Below, one piece after another: positions 29,972 through 38,626 of a stretch of DNA of 64,000 bases. The notes beneath the pieces are model-generated. The model had not been told where the DNA came from and made no database searches. It worked only from the letters and a program-made list of their open reading frames with translations. The stretch spans positions 52,091 to 116,090 of the forward strand of contig CAWEHQ010000014.1 of the NCBI GenBank assembly GCA_963808955.1. The letters run 5' to 3'. Within the stretch, counting starts at the first letter, position 1. The number at the start of each line of letters is the position of its first letter. Origin of the DNA: an uncultured Thermoleophilaceae bacterium. Lineage in GTDB: Bacteria > Actinomycetota > Thermoleophilia > Solirubrobacterales > Thermoleophilaceae. The position numbers and the translations under genes were made by a program.

Positions 29972-31327
29972 CTACTCCACCAGCCGCACCTCGAAGTCGA
30001 GCGCCCCCGCCAGCCCCTCCGCTCCGATCAGGCTGAGGATCTTCGCGACGTAGGCCTGCGTCTCCGGGTAGGGCGGGATGCAGCCGCAGGCCGCGACGGC
30101 GCCCTCGCCGGCGTTGTAGGCGGCGAGCGCCAGCGGCACCGAGGCAAAGCGGCGCAGCAGGTCGTGCATCAGGTGGGCCTGCGCGTCGATCGCCTGCTCG
30201 GGGTCGAAGGGGTTGCCGAGACCGTAGGCGGCGGCGGTGCCCGGCATGAACTGGGCGATGCCCTGCGCGCCGGCCGGCGACACCGCCCTCGGGTTGAAGC
30301 CGGACTCGGCATAGAGCTGGGCCGAGATCAGCGCAGCCGACACTTTCCAGCGCCGGGCGGCCGCGACGATCGCCGGCCGGTACTGCGCCGGGACGAACGA
30401 CGGGACCGCGCTCGACCCGCCGCTGTGCACGCCGTCGCGGCCGAAGCCGACCGACGAGCTGCCCGGGTTGTGCGTATAGCCGTAATGCCACGGTTCCCAG
30501 CTGTACCTCTGGATGAAGCCGAAGCGCTCGGCGTTGCGCGCGAGCCAGCCGTACGCCGAGGCCGGGCCCAGGTCGAGCTCCGTGCCGTACCGGTGGAGGC
30601 TCGTGCCGGGGCGCGCCACCATCTTCGGGTCGGGGTTCTGCGCGAACAACCGCGCCTGCTCGGAGTCGGACCGGAACGCGCTTGTGATCGTCAGCGAGAT
30701 TCCGTCCTTGCGGGCCGCCGCCTCCATGCGGTCGAACGCCTGGGCGACGTCCGGGCGCATCGGCTCGCCCTGGCGGTATGCGAACGGGCCGTCGTACTCG
30801 CCGCCCGCACCGGCGAGGTCCGTCGTCACCAGAGGGACGAGCTCGGCCTTTGCCCGGCCCCTGACGCGCACGCTTCTCCGGGCCGCCCCGTCCGAGCCGC
30901 GGCCGCCGAGCCGAAGCTCCTGCTCTCCCCGCACCACCGTGCGAACGAGGAGCGGTCCGAGGCCGTCGCCGCCCGAGAAGTGAACGTCGCCGGCGGACAG
31001 ACCGAACCCGTTCCTCCGCGCCGCCCGGATCGCCGCGGCGCGGGCCCTGTCCACGTACTCGTCGCGGCTCAGGTGGCGGGGATTCGGTACGCCGGGGCGG
31101 AGGTAGGCCGGCTCGAGCAGCCTCGGGTAGGCATCGCGCATGGCATGCGCCGCCGAGACCGCGGCGAGGTCGGCCGCGCGCTGGTGGCGCCCCTTCCCGC
31201 CAAGCCCCTGTCCGAACGCCGCGAGGACCAGCGCCCCGGCGATCAACACGGCGGCCAGCCCGACCAGCAGCACCACGGCCTGCCCCGACTCGCCTCGCGC
31301 CCTGAACGCGGCCCGGCGCGTCACCAC
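29972..31327 (-). CDS. three-domain protein: TadG/TadE-G-like N-terminal membrane anchor plus VanY/M15B D-Ala-D-Ala carboxypeptidase plus SLT lytic transglycosylase
   Basis: The GTG start at 31327/31324 overlaps the upstream stop. N-terminus: GESGQAVVLLVGLAAVLIAGALVL...HQRAADLAAVSAAHA (Tad pilus-assembly N-terminal pattern). Middle: TSAFRSDSEQARLF, SLHRYGTELDL, WEPWHYGY (M15B zinc and catalytic motifs). C-terminus: ISAQLYAESGFNPRAVSPAGAQGIAQFMPGTA...LAAYNAGEGAV (SLT). Confidence 0.8.
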   Translation of the reverse strand: MVTRRAAFRARGESGQAVVLLVGLAAVLIAGALVLAAFGQGLGGKGRHQRAADLAAVSAAHAMRDAYPRLLEPAYLRPGVPNPRHLSRDEYVDRARAAAIRAARRNGFGLSAGDVHFSGGDGLGPLLVRTVVRGEQELRLGGRGSDGAARRSVRVRGRAKAELVPLVTTDLAGAGGEYDGPFAYRQGEPMRPDVAQAFDRMEAAARKDGISLTITSAFRSDSEQARLFAQNPDPKMVARPGTSLHRYGTELDLGPASAYGWLARNAERFGFIQRYSWEPWHYGYTHNPGSSSVGFGRDGVHSGGSSAVPSFVPAQYRPAIVAAARRWKVSAALISAQLYAESGFNPRAVSPAGAQGIAQFMPGTAAAYGLGNPFDPEQAIDAQAHLMHDLLRRFASVPLALAAYNAGEGAVAACGCIPPYPETQAYVAKILSLIGAEGLAGALDFEVRLVE

Positions 31328-32049
31328 TCGCTCCTCACCACCGCGCACGGCTCGGCGACCTGACCCAGACCGTCGCCGAGCACTCCCGAGCCGCGACCGG
31401 CGAGCGCTAAACGAGCCCCCAGAGCGGAGCGGCCGAGCACCGCCGCCGCTCGCCCCTCCCACCGCTCGAGATCGCCGCTCGCATCGGCGCGGTTGAGAGC
31501 CACGAGCGGCGACGGTCCGATCCGTCCGAGCGAAGCCGCCACGGCATCCGCAAGCGCCGGCTCGGCGGCCGGCGTCGCAACGACGACCACGTGGTCCGCC
31601 AGCGACACCGCCACGCCGGCCGGCTCGCCGTGGCCCACGTCAATTACGAGCGGCGCCAGATGCCGGACCCGGTCGGCGAGCGGTCCCGGCTCGCCGTCCT
31701 CCACCAGGCAGAGCCGCCCCGCGGCCCGAACTCGCTCCCCCGCTCCCGGCCCCACCGCCCTGGCGAGCGTCCGGGCCTGCCAGACGCCCGGCGCAAGCGG
31801 TCCCCGGCCCCAAGCGCCCGCCACCAACGCGGCGCCAGCAGGATCCCGATGAGCGAGCCCGCTCGCCAGCCCGCGAGCGACCGTGGTCGTGCCACACCGG
31901 CTCGCGAGCCCCACGACCGCCACCACCGGGCGCAGTGTGATCGCGGTTGGCCGTGCGACCTCCTCCACCGGCTCGAGCAGGAAGGCACCGACCCTCGCGA
32001 GCGCGGCGGCCGCCAGCCGGCGACCGGGCGAGGTTGCGGTCACGCTCAT
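31321..32049 (-). CDS. CpaE/ParA-like protein with a degenerate Walker A motif (actinobacterial Tad-neighbourhood type)
   Basis: The start is at MSVTATSPG (32049, an ATGA overlap with the upstream stop). VVAVVGLASRCGTTTVARGLASGLA sits where MinD/CpaE proteins carry GGxGKT, and no Lys is present. VVVVATPAAEPAL and LVALNRAD resemble the CpaE layout. Confidence 0.55.
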   Translation of the reverse strand: MSVTATSPGRRLAAAALARVGAFLLEPVEEVARPTAITLRPVVAVVGLASRCGTTTVARGLASGLAHRDPAGAALVAGAWGRGPLAPGVWQARTLARAVGPGAGERVRAAGRLCLVEDGEPGPLADRVRHLAPLVIDVGHGEPAGVAVSLADHVVVVATPAAEPALADAVAASLGRIGPSPLVALNRADASGDLERWEGRAAAVLGRSALGARLALAGRGSGVLGDGLGQVAEPCAVVRSEW

Positions 32050-32411
32050 CGGCGTGGCGCCCTGACCGCGGCGGTCGAGCTGACCTCGAGCCGCTCCGCG
32101 AGCGCCTCCAGCGGTGAGGGCGGCCGAAGCGAGACCTCGACCAGGCCGCCGTCGACCGCCACCTCCATCCCGGCGCGCGACCAGCCCGGGAGCGCCTCGC
32201 GCGCGGCGTCCTCGGCCTCGCCGCCGCCGGCGAGCGAGAGCGCACCGGCCTCGGCGGCGTTCCCGGCCAGGACCGCTGCGTACCCGACTGCGAGCGCCTG
32301 GAAGAGGAACAGGCCGAGGACGACGAGCACGGGCAGCGCGCCAAGCAACTCGACGCTCGCCTGCCCGCATCCTCCCGCCGGCGCCGAGACTCCGCACGGC
32401 GGCCTGGTCAC
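32046..32411 (-). CDS. TadE-like pseudopilin family protein
   Basis: The GTG start at 32411 overlaps the upstream stop. GGCGQASVELLGALPVLVVLGLFLFQALAVGYAAVLAGNAAEAGA is the TadE N-terminal signature. Confidence 0.7.
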   Translation of the reverse strand: MTRPPCGVSAPAGGCGQASVELLGALPVLVVLGLFLFQALAVGYAAVLAGNAAEAGALSLAGGGEAEDAAREALPGWSRAGMEVAVDGGLVEVSLRPPSPLEALAERLEVSSTAAVRAPRR

Positions 32412-32746
32412 GACTCCGCCTCGAGATGCGCGCTGGCCGAGACCGGGATCGGCGTCTGCCACCGGTGGAGGACGAACGGAACGAGCACACTGACCTCGAC
32501 ATGGCCGGTGTCCTCGTTCACCTCCATCCCACGCTCCAGCCCGTCGGGCAGGGCGCTTCGCGCCGCCTGCTCGGCGTCGTCCCCCACGGCCTCGGCCCGG
32601 GCCGCGACGCGCGCGGCGTTGGCGCACGTCCAGAGCGTGTGGCCCGCCAGGGCAAGCTGCCACACCACGAGCCCGACCAGCAGGACGAACGGGAGGACCG
32701 CCACCATCTCGACCGACGCCTGCGCTCGTTCCGACCCTGCCCGCAT
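32408..32746 (-). CDS. TadE-like pseudopilin family protein
   Basis: MRAGSERAQASVEMVAVLPFVLLVGLVVWQLALAGHTLWTCANAARVAARA has the ERxQASVE motif followed by a hydrophobic helix. Confidence 0.75.
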   Translation of the reverse strand: MRAGSERAQASVEMVAVLPFVLLVGLVVWQLALAGHTLWTCANAARVAARAEAVGDDAEQAARSALPDGLERGMEVNEDTGHVEVSVLVPFVLHRWQTPIPVSASAHLEAES

Positions 32747-32793
32747 GCCGCCTGACGCTGGCGCGAGCGGGCGCGCGGCTCAACGCGCGCGCG

Positions 32794-33307
32794 TCAACTA
32801 CGGGCTAACGGAACGTGAAAACCCCGGGCGTCTAGGGGTCGAGCGGCAGCCGCAGGAGCAGCAGCCGAGCGCCGCTCCGCGGTCTCGGCGGAGAATCCCA
32901 ACCCCCCGTAGAGCGCCAGCGCGGCGTGGTTGTCGGACGCCGCATCGAGGTCGACGCGGCGACAGCCGCGTCCCCGCGCGCGGTCGATGGCTGCCTCCAC
33001 GAGCGCGCGACCTACGCCGCCGGCCACGCGCCCGATCCGTGACGAAAAGGTCCTCGAGCCAGCAGTCCTCGGCGGAGTGCCACAGCCCGTAGCGATAGCG
33101 GAGCTGGCACACCCCCTCGGGCCGGCCGTCGGGGTCGCCCGCTCCGAGCAGGTACTCGGTCGCCGGATCGGCGATCAGGCGGTCGACGCTTCCGCGAAGG
33201 TCGGCGTCCGCCGGCGCGGTCCGGCCCTGCCAGTCGCGAAACTCTGCCATCAGGTCGGCTACCGCAGGCGCGTCGGCCGGGGCGGCCCGCCAGACCCGAG
33301 CCGTCAC
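32794..33307 (-). pseudogene. GNAT family N-acetyltransferase, one frameshift near 33030
   Basis: VTARVWRAAPADAPAVADLMAEF...CQLRYRYGLWHSAEDCWLEDLFV, then (shift) AGGVGRALVEAAIDRARGRGCRRVDLDAASDNHAALALYGGLGFS. Confidence 0.8.
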
Positions 33308-33323
33308 ACGGCGCCGGACGCAG

Positions 33324-33680
33324 TCATCCGTACCTGCGTGACTGCATGTAGACCCAGTAGACGCCGTACGAGCAGAGCCCCAGCAGGGCCAGCCAGGCAA
33401 GGACGCCGGGGGGGCCGGCGTCGAAGAGGCGCTCGCTCGCCGTGAACGTAAGGAAAGCCAGGCCGATCGACCCGAAGAGAATCAGCCGGGTGCGTGGCTC
33501 GAGGCTGTCGATCGTGAAGCGATGGTCGCGGTAGAGCCGGTAGCCGAGGAACGCGATCGCCACCAGGAACGCGATCAGGAGCGCCGCCAGGAGCCCGTCG
33601 AGCGCCGGCCCGCCCCCGGGTATCACCGTGATCGCCAGGGCGACCAGTAGCACGATCCCGAACTTGAGCAGCGTGGTCAC
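33324..33680 (-). CDS. hypothetical integral membrane protein (4 predicted TM helices)
   Basis: 118 aa. MTTLLKFGIVLLVALAITVIPGG...LLAALLIAFLVAIAFLGYRLY...ILFGSIGLAFLTF...VLAWLALLGLCSYGVYWVY. Confidence 0.6.
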   Translation of the reverse strand: MTTLLKFGIVLLVALAITVIPGGGPALDGLLAALLIAFLVAIAFLGYRLYRDHRFTIDSLEPRTRLILFGSIGLAFLTFTASERLFDAGPPGVLAWLALLGLCSYGVYWVYMQSRRYG

Positions 33681-33722
33681 GAAGTCCAGGTTACGCGTGG
33701 AGGGACTGGCCGGGGTCCTCGA

Positions 33723-34541
33723 CTACGAGATGACCCCGGCCGCCGCGAGAACGATCACCACTGTCCCCAGGACCACGCGGTAGACCACGAAGATCTTCGT
33801 GGTGTGGGTGACGAGGAAGCGCAGCAGGAAGGCGATCGCCGCGTAGCCGGCGACGAAGGCCATGAGCGTGGCGACCACCAGCGCGACGGCCCCTGTGTCG
33901 TCGGGCTCCTCGAGCAGGCTCACGAGCTGGAACAGGCCCGACAGCACCACGGCCGGGATAGAGAGCAGGAACGAGAAGCGCGCGGCGGTCTCCCGCTCGA
34001 GCCCGAGGAACAGCCCGGCAGTGATCGTCGCACCGGACCGCGACACGCCGGGGATCAGCGCGAGCGCCTGGGCGAACCCGACCACGATCGCGTCGCGACG
34101 GTTCACGCGTTCGAGCCCGCGCGTGCGCGAGCCCACCTGCTCCGCCGCCAGCAGGATCAGGCCGAGCACGATCAGCGCGCCGCCGATCAGGTAGAGGTCG
34201 CGCGCGCCGGTCTCGATCTGATCCTCGAATGCCAGGCCGAAGATCGAGATCGGGATCGTGGCGACGATCAGGTACCAACCCATGCGCGCGTCGAGCTCCG
34301 ACCGGAGCCGCGGCTCGCGAAGGCTGCGAACCCACGTGCGCGCGATCCGGATCAGGTCGGTCCGGAAGTAGATGACCACCGCGAGCATCGTGCCGAGCTG
34401 GGTGATCGCAGTGAAGGCGGCGCCCGGGTCCGGCCAACCCGCGAAGGCGGGCACCACGCGCAGGTGCGCGGTGCTCGAGATCGGCAGGAACTCGGTGAGC
34501 CCCTGCACGACCCCGAGAACGATCGCCTCGAGGATCGACAC
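33723..34541 (-). CDS. uppP: undecaprenyl-diphosphate phosphatase
   Basis: MSILEAIVLGVVQGLTEFLPISSTAHL and GVSRSGATITAGL are the BacA/UppP signatures. Confidence 0.92.
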   Translation of the reverse strand: MSILEAIVLGVVQGLTEFLPISSTAHLRVVPAFAGWPDPGAAFTAITQLGTMLAVVIYFRTDLIRIARTWVRSLREPRLRSELDARMGWYLIVATIPISIFGLAFEDQIETGARDLYLIGGALIVLGLILLAAEQVGSRTRGLERVNRRDAIVVGFAQALALIPGVSRSGATITAGLFLGLERETAARFSFLLSIPAVVLSGLFQLVSLLEEPDDTGAVALVVATLMAFVAGYAAIAFLLRFLVTHTTKIFVVYRVVLGTVVIVLAAAGVIS

Positions 34542-34669
34542 GGCCGCGGAACCCTAGAAGGTCCACCCCACGGCTCCGTACCCACTGGCGCCCGCGCGGC
34601 GCCGGGGTTACGCTGGATGCGATCGCCCCAGGAAGGCGAGCGCAGCCTGGCCTACATGGAGGAGGAGCC

Positions 34670-35215
34670 ATGTCGAGAACCGTCCGCACAGCTTTGTTGG
34701 TGGTGGCCGTCGCCGCCGGAGTCGGAGTCCTGGCGCTGCCCGCCGGGGCGGCCCCTACGGCGTTGGAGGCCCGCATGAACGGCGACAAGGAGGTGCCCGG
34801 GCCGGGCGATCCCAACGGTCGCGGAGTCGCGGAGGTCACCGTGAATCCGGCGCGCAGGCGGGTCTGCTTCGACATCGAGTTCAGGCGGATCCAGGATCCG
34901 GTCGCGGGCCACATACACAGGGGCTCCAGTGACGTGGCCGGCCCCATCAAGGTCCTGCTGTTCGAGGATTCCCAGGGCGTCGACTCGCCCGTCGACGGCT
35001 GCGTTGGAGACCTGAGGCGAAGACTGCTCCGCAAGATCAAGAACAACCCGCGGGGCTGGTACGTGAACCTGCACAACGGGGAGTACCCCGACGGCGCGAT
35101 CAGGGGCCAGCTGCGCGTCGATAACGGCCGTGGCGGCGGAGGCGGCGGACGGGGGCGGCGGAAACGGAGGCGGCGGAGGCCCCTACTGAGAGCCCGCACC
35201 GGACACGCCCTCTAG
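34670..35215 (+). CDS. CHRD domain-containing secreted protein with a Gly/Arg-rich tail
   Basis: Signal peptide, then LEARMNGDKEVPGPGDPNGRGVAEVTV...VCFDIEF...VAGHIHRGSSDVAGPI...WYVNLHNGEYPDGAIRGQL. Confidence 0.85.
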   Translation: MSRTVRTALLVVAVAAGVGVLALPAGAAPTALEARMNGDKEVPGPGDPNGRGVAEVTVNPARRRVCFDIEFRRIQDPVAGHIHRGSSDVAGPIKVLLFEDSQGVDSPVDGCVGDLRRRLLRKIKNNPRGWYVNLHNGEYPDGAIRGQLRVDNGRGGGGGGRGRRKRRRRRPLLRARTGHAL

Positions 35216-35216
35216 C

Positions 35217-35711
35217 TCAATTGCCGTGCTCCTCGAAGCGACGCCGCGAGGCGTCGATCTCCTCGATGGCGTCCTCGCGCGAGTACCAGCCGTCAACCGT
35301 GACCTTCTTCTGCTCCAGGTCCTTGTAGACCGAGAAGAAGTGCTCGATCTCGTCCTTTAGCTGGTTCGGGATGTCCTCGAGCCGCTCCAGTGAGTTCCAC
35401 GCCGGGTCCTGGAGCGGGACGCAGAGCACCTTGTCGTCCACGCCCTTGTCGTCCTCCATCTTGAAGAGCGCGATCGGCTTGACGTCGATCACGCAGCCGG
35501 GGAACGTGGGCTCCGACACGCAGACCATCGCGTCGAGCGGGTCGCCGTCCTCCGCCAGGGTGCGGGGAACGAAGCCGTAGTCGGTCGGATAGACCATCGA
35601 GGAGAAGAGGAAGCGGTCCAGCTTCAGCACCTGCTCCTCGGTGTCGAACTCGTACTTGTTGCGGCTCCCCTTGGGAATCTCGACGTAGCAGGACAGTTGC
35701 TCGTCAGCCAT
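35217..35711 (-). CDS. ppa: inorganic diphosphatase (family I)
   Basis: YVEIPKGSRNKYEFD, YPTDYGFVPRTLAEDGDPLDAMV, and FKMEDDKGVDDKVLCV. Confidence 0.95.
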   Translation of the reverse strand: MADEQLSCYVEIPKGSRNKYEFDTEEQVLKLDRFLFSSMVYPTDYGFVPRTLAEDGDPLDAMVCVSEPTFPGCVIDVKPIALFKMEDDKGVDDKVLCVPLQDPAWNSLERLEDIPNQLKDEIEHFFSVYKDLEQKKVTVDGWYSREDAIEEIDASRRRFEEHGN

Positions 35712-35746
35712 CGGCCGAGCTTACTGCGGATAGAATTCAGTGCTCG

Positions 35747-36016
35747 ATGCGCTCTCGACTGACGACGCTCTCGCTCGCCGTCGGCACTTGGCTGCTGCTC
35801 CTCGCGCCGGTGGCGATCGCACAGGAGGAGGACGTCCCCGACAACGGCGAGGGCTTCCTGGGCGAGGTCGACGACAGGATCGTCACCTTCTTCTCGCTCG
35901 GCGTGATCCTCTTCTTCGTGATCGTGATCGTCGTCGGCACCCTCATCCAGCAGCGGCTCGAGCGGCGCAAGGACGAGCAGAAGGCCGCGCGGGTCCGCCA
36001 GCGCATCGGTTGGTAG
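35747..36016 (+). CDS. hypothetical small membrane protein (signal peptide plus one TM helix)
   Basis: MRSRLTTLSLAVGTWLLLLAPVAIAQEE...IVTFFSLGVILFFVIVIVVGTLI followed by a basic tail. Confidence 0.5.
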   Translation: MRSRLTTLSLAVGTWLLLLAPVAIAQEEDVPDNGEGFLGEVDDRIVTFFSLGVILFFVIVIVVGTLIQQRLERRKDEQKAARVRQRIGW

Positions 36017-36820
36017 CGGCCGCCGGGGACGCCGACGAGGCGGGGGCTGCGGGAGGTCCGCCCGTCACCTACGAGCGCCGTGGCGCGGCTGCGATCCTCA
36101 CGATCGACCGTCCCGACCGGCGCAACGCGGTGGACGGCCCGACGGCGGAGCTCCTCGGCGAGGGCTACGAGCGCTTCGAGGCCGACGACGAGGCGCGCGC
36201 GCTGGTGCTCACCGGCGCCGGCGACGTCGCCTTCTGCGCCGGCGCGGACCTCAAGGCGATCGAGTCGTTCGGACCGCGTCTCGAGCTGCCCGAGGGCCCG
36301 CTCGGCTTCACCCGCCGAACGGCGTCGAAGCCCACGATCGCGGCGATCTCCGGCTGGTGCCTCGCGGGCGGGCTGGAGCTCGCCCTGTGGTGCGATCTGA
36401 GGATCGCCGCGGAGGGATCCACGCTCGGGTTCCCGGAACGGCGCTTCGGCGTGCCGCTGATCGACGGCGGGACCCAGCGGCTGCCCCGAATCGTGGGCCT
36501 GGGCCGCGCGCTCGACATCATCCTCACCGGCCGCATGGTGCCCGTCGACCGAGGCGCAGGAGATCGGGCTCGTGAACGAGGTCACGCGCCCCGGAGCTCA
36601 CCTCGAGCGCGCGCTCGAGATCGTCGAGGCGCTGGCGGGCTTTCCCCAGGACACGATGCTCGCCGACCGCCGGGCGGCGATCGAGGGAAGCGGCATGACG
36701 CTGGAGGAGGGCCTCGCCCTCGAGGCCCAGAGCGGCCGCACCACGCTCGCGACGGCCTGGCGCGGCGCCGGCCGGTTCGCCGCGGGCGAGGGCCGCGGCG
36801 GCGAGGGCGCCGGCGCCTAG
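36010..36820 (+). pseudogene. enoyl-CoA hydratase/isomerase (crotonase) family protein, one frameshift near 36548
   Basis: AAILTIDRPDRRNAVD, LTGAGDVAFCAGADLK, AAISGWCLAGGLELALWCDLRIA and ILTGRMV, then (shift) EAQEIGLVNEVTRPGAHLERALEIVEALAGFP. The start is uncertain (TTG 36010). Confidence 0.8.
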
Positions 36821-37704
36821 ATCCGGAACACCGGCACGAGCCGCTTCTCGTGCTCGGCGTCGATGCTCGCGACCACCTCGACGTGGTCCTCGAGGCCGGA
36901 GCCACGCAGCTTGGTGGCGAGCAGCTCGTCGACCTGGAAGATGCCGGCCGAGTTGTTCATCGCGACCTCGATCAGGACGGCGCGGTCCTCGCCGGCCTCG
37001 ATCCGCACCTCGTCGATCGCGGCGGCCGACAGCGAATGGATGTTGGTCCGGCCGCCCTCGAACGGGACCCGGGAGCGGCCCTCGGCCATGTCCAGCGCGT
37101 CGGCGACCCTGACCACGCCGGCCTCGATCGTGAAGGGGTCACCGCGGCGACGGTGGCCGATGATCGCGTGCATCGCCTCCGCCACGATCACCGATCGCTC
37201 CGGCTCGTCGTAGCAGTCGGCGAGCAGCTCGCCGAGCTTGTCGGCGGCCATGAACAGGCTGTAGGACTCATGGTCGGTGCGGTGGACGGTCATGCCCACG
37301 CAATGCAGCAGGGCGGCGGCCGCGACCACCACCTCGGCGTCGTGCGGCCGCATGCCGTGGTCGCGGACCACCGCCGGCTCGACTCCCCGTCGCACCAGCA
37401 GCCGCAGGATGCGGAGCGCGATGTTCACGACGATCTGGATGTGGACCCACGAGTGGTCCGACATCCCCAGGCGGTTGGCGTTCACGTGCTGCATGTGCCA
37501 CCACGCCCTGAGCTGGTCATCGGCGTTGGCGGCCTCGAGCAGCGCCTCGAGGCGGCGGTTGCCACGGGTTGGCGCGGTGATGCGCACGCCGCTGACCGCT
37601 TCGCTCGGCGGTACGTGTCCGGCCACCGGTGAGGGGGGCTGCGACGTGGTGGGGCCCTCCTCGGCCACGGCGAGCAGCTTGTCATAGTTCATAGTCCCGG
37701 TCAT
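36817..37704 (-). CDS. HD domain-containing phosphohydrolase-like protein
   Basis: 295 aa. MSDHSWVHIQIVVNIALRIL, ALLHCVGMTVHRTDHE, and HAIIGHRR. Confidence 0.6.
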   Translation of the reverse strand: MTGTMNYDKLLAVAEEGPTTSQPPSPVAGHVPPSEAVSGVRITAPTRGNRRLEALLEAANADDQLRAWWHMQHVNANRLGMSDHSWVHIQIVVNIALRILRLLVRRGVEPAVVRDHGMRPHDAEVVVAAAALLHCVGMTVHRTDHESYSLFMAADKLGELLADCYDEPERSVIVAEAMHAIIGHRRRGDPFTIEAGVVRVADALDMAEGRSRVPFEGGRTNIHSLSAAAIDEVRIEAGEDRAVLIEVAMNNSAGIFQVDELLATKLRGSGLEDHVEVVASIDAEHEKRLVPVFRI

Positions 37705-38626
37705 GGCGATTCCGGGCGCTCAGGGCGCGGGCGGCGCGCTGGCGACCGCGGAGCCAGCCATCCGCGTGGACGACCTCCGCAAGAGCTACGGCGAGGTGGA
37801 GGCCGTGCGCGGCGTGTCATTCCAGGTCGCGCCGGGCGAGGTATTCGGGCTCCTCGGTCCGAACGGAGCCGGCAAGACCACCACCGTCGAGATCCTCGAG
37901 GGCTACCGCCACCGCTCCGCCGGCGAGGTGACGGTGCTGGGTCACGATCCCGCCGAGCGGGAGCGAACGCTCCAGCAGCGGGTCGGGATCGTCCTCCAGG
38001 AGGCCGGCTTCTATCCGCGGGTGACTGTGGACGAGGCCGTGCGCCACTTCGCCTCCCTGTACGACCGTCCGCGCGACCCTGCCGAGACCATCGGACTCGT
38101 GGGACTGGAGGGTCGGGAGCGCATCAGGACCGCCGAGTTGTCGGGTGGGCAGCGCCGCCGCCTCGACCTGGCGCTCGCCCTTGTGGGCGATCCGGAGCTC
38201 CTCTTCCTGGACGAGCCCACGACCGGCTTCGACCCGGCGGCCCGCCGTGCCGCCTGGGACGTGGTCCGCCGCCTGGGCGAGCTCGGCAAGACCGTGCTCC
38301 TCACGACGCACTACCTCGACGAGGCGCAGGCGCTCGCGGACCGCGTGGCGATCGTCAAGGACGGGCGGATCGTCGCCGAGGGTCCACCTGGCGAGCTCGC
38401 CGGCGGCGGCCGCTACCTGGTGGCGTACGAGTCGAGGGGTCGCAGGGTCCACCACGAGACCGACGACCCCACTGACCTCCTCAATCGACTCACCTCGGAC
38501 GCGATCGGCCGGGGAGAGCGGCTCGAGGGCCTCAGCGTGACGCGACCCTCGCTCGAGGAGGTCTATCTCGAGCTGACGCTCGAGGACGACCGTCGCGGCG
38601 AGCAGTCGGAGGGCAGCGCCCGATGA
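37703..38626 (+). CDS. ABC transporter ATP-binding protein (DrrA/ABC-2 exporter type)
   Basis: GLLGPNGAGKTTT (Walker A), LSGGQRRRLDLA (signature) and LLFLDEPTTGFD (Walker B). Confidence 0.92.
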   Translation: MAIPGAQGAGGALATAEPAIRVDDLRKSYGEVEAVRGVSFQVAPGEVFGLLGPNGAGKTTTVEILEGYRHRSAGEVTVLGHDPAERERTLQQRVGIVLQEAGFYPRVTVDEAVRHFASLYDRPRDPAETIGLVGLEGRERIRTAELSGGQRRRLDLALALVGDPELLFLDEPTTGFDPAARRAAWDVVRRLGELGKTVLLTTHYLDEAQALADRVAIVKDGRIVAEGPPGELAGGGRYLVAYESRGRRVHHETDDPTDLLNRLTSDAIGRGERLEGLSVTRPSLEEVYLELTLEDDRRGEQSEGSAR

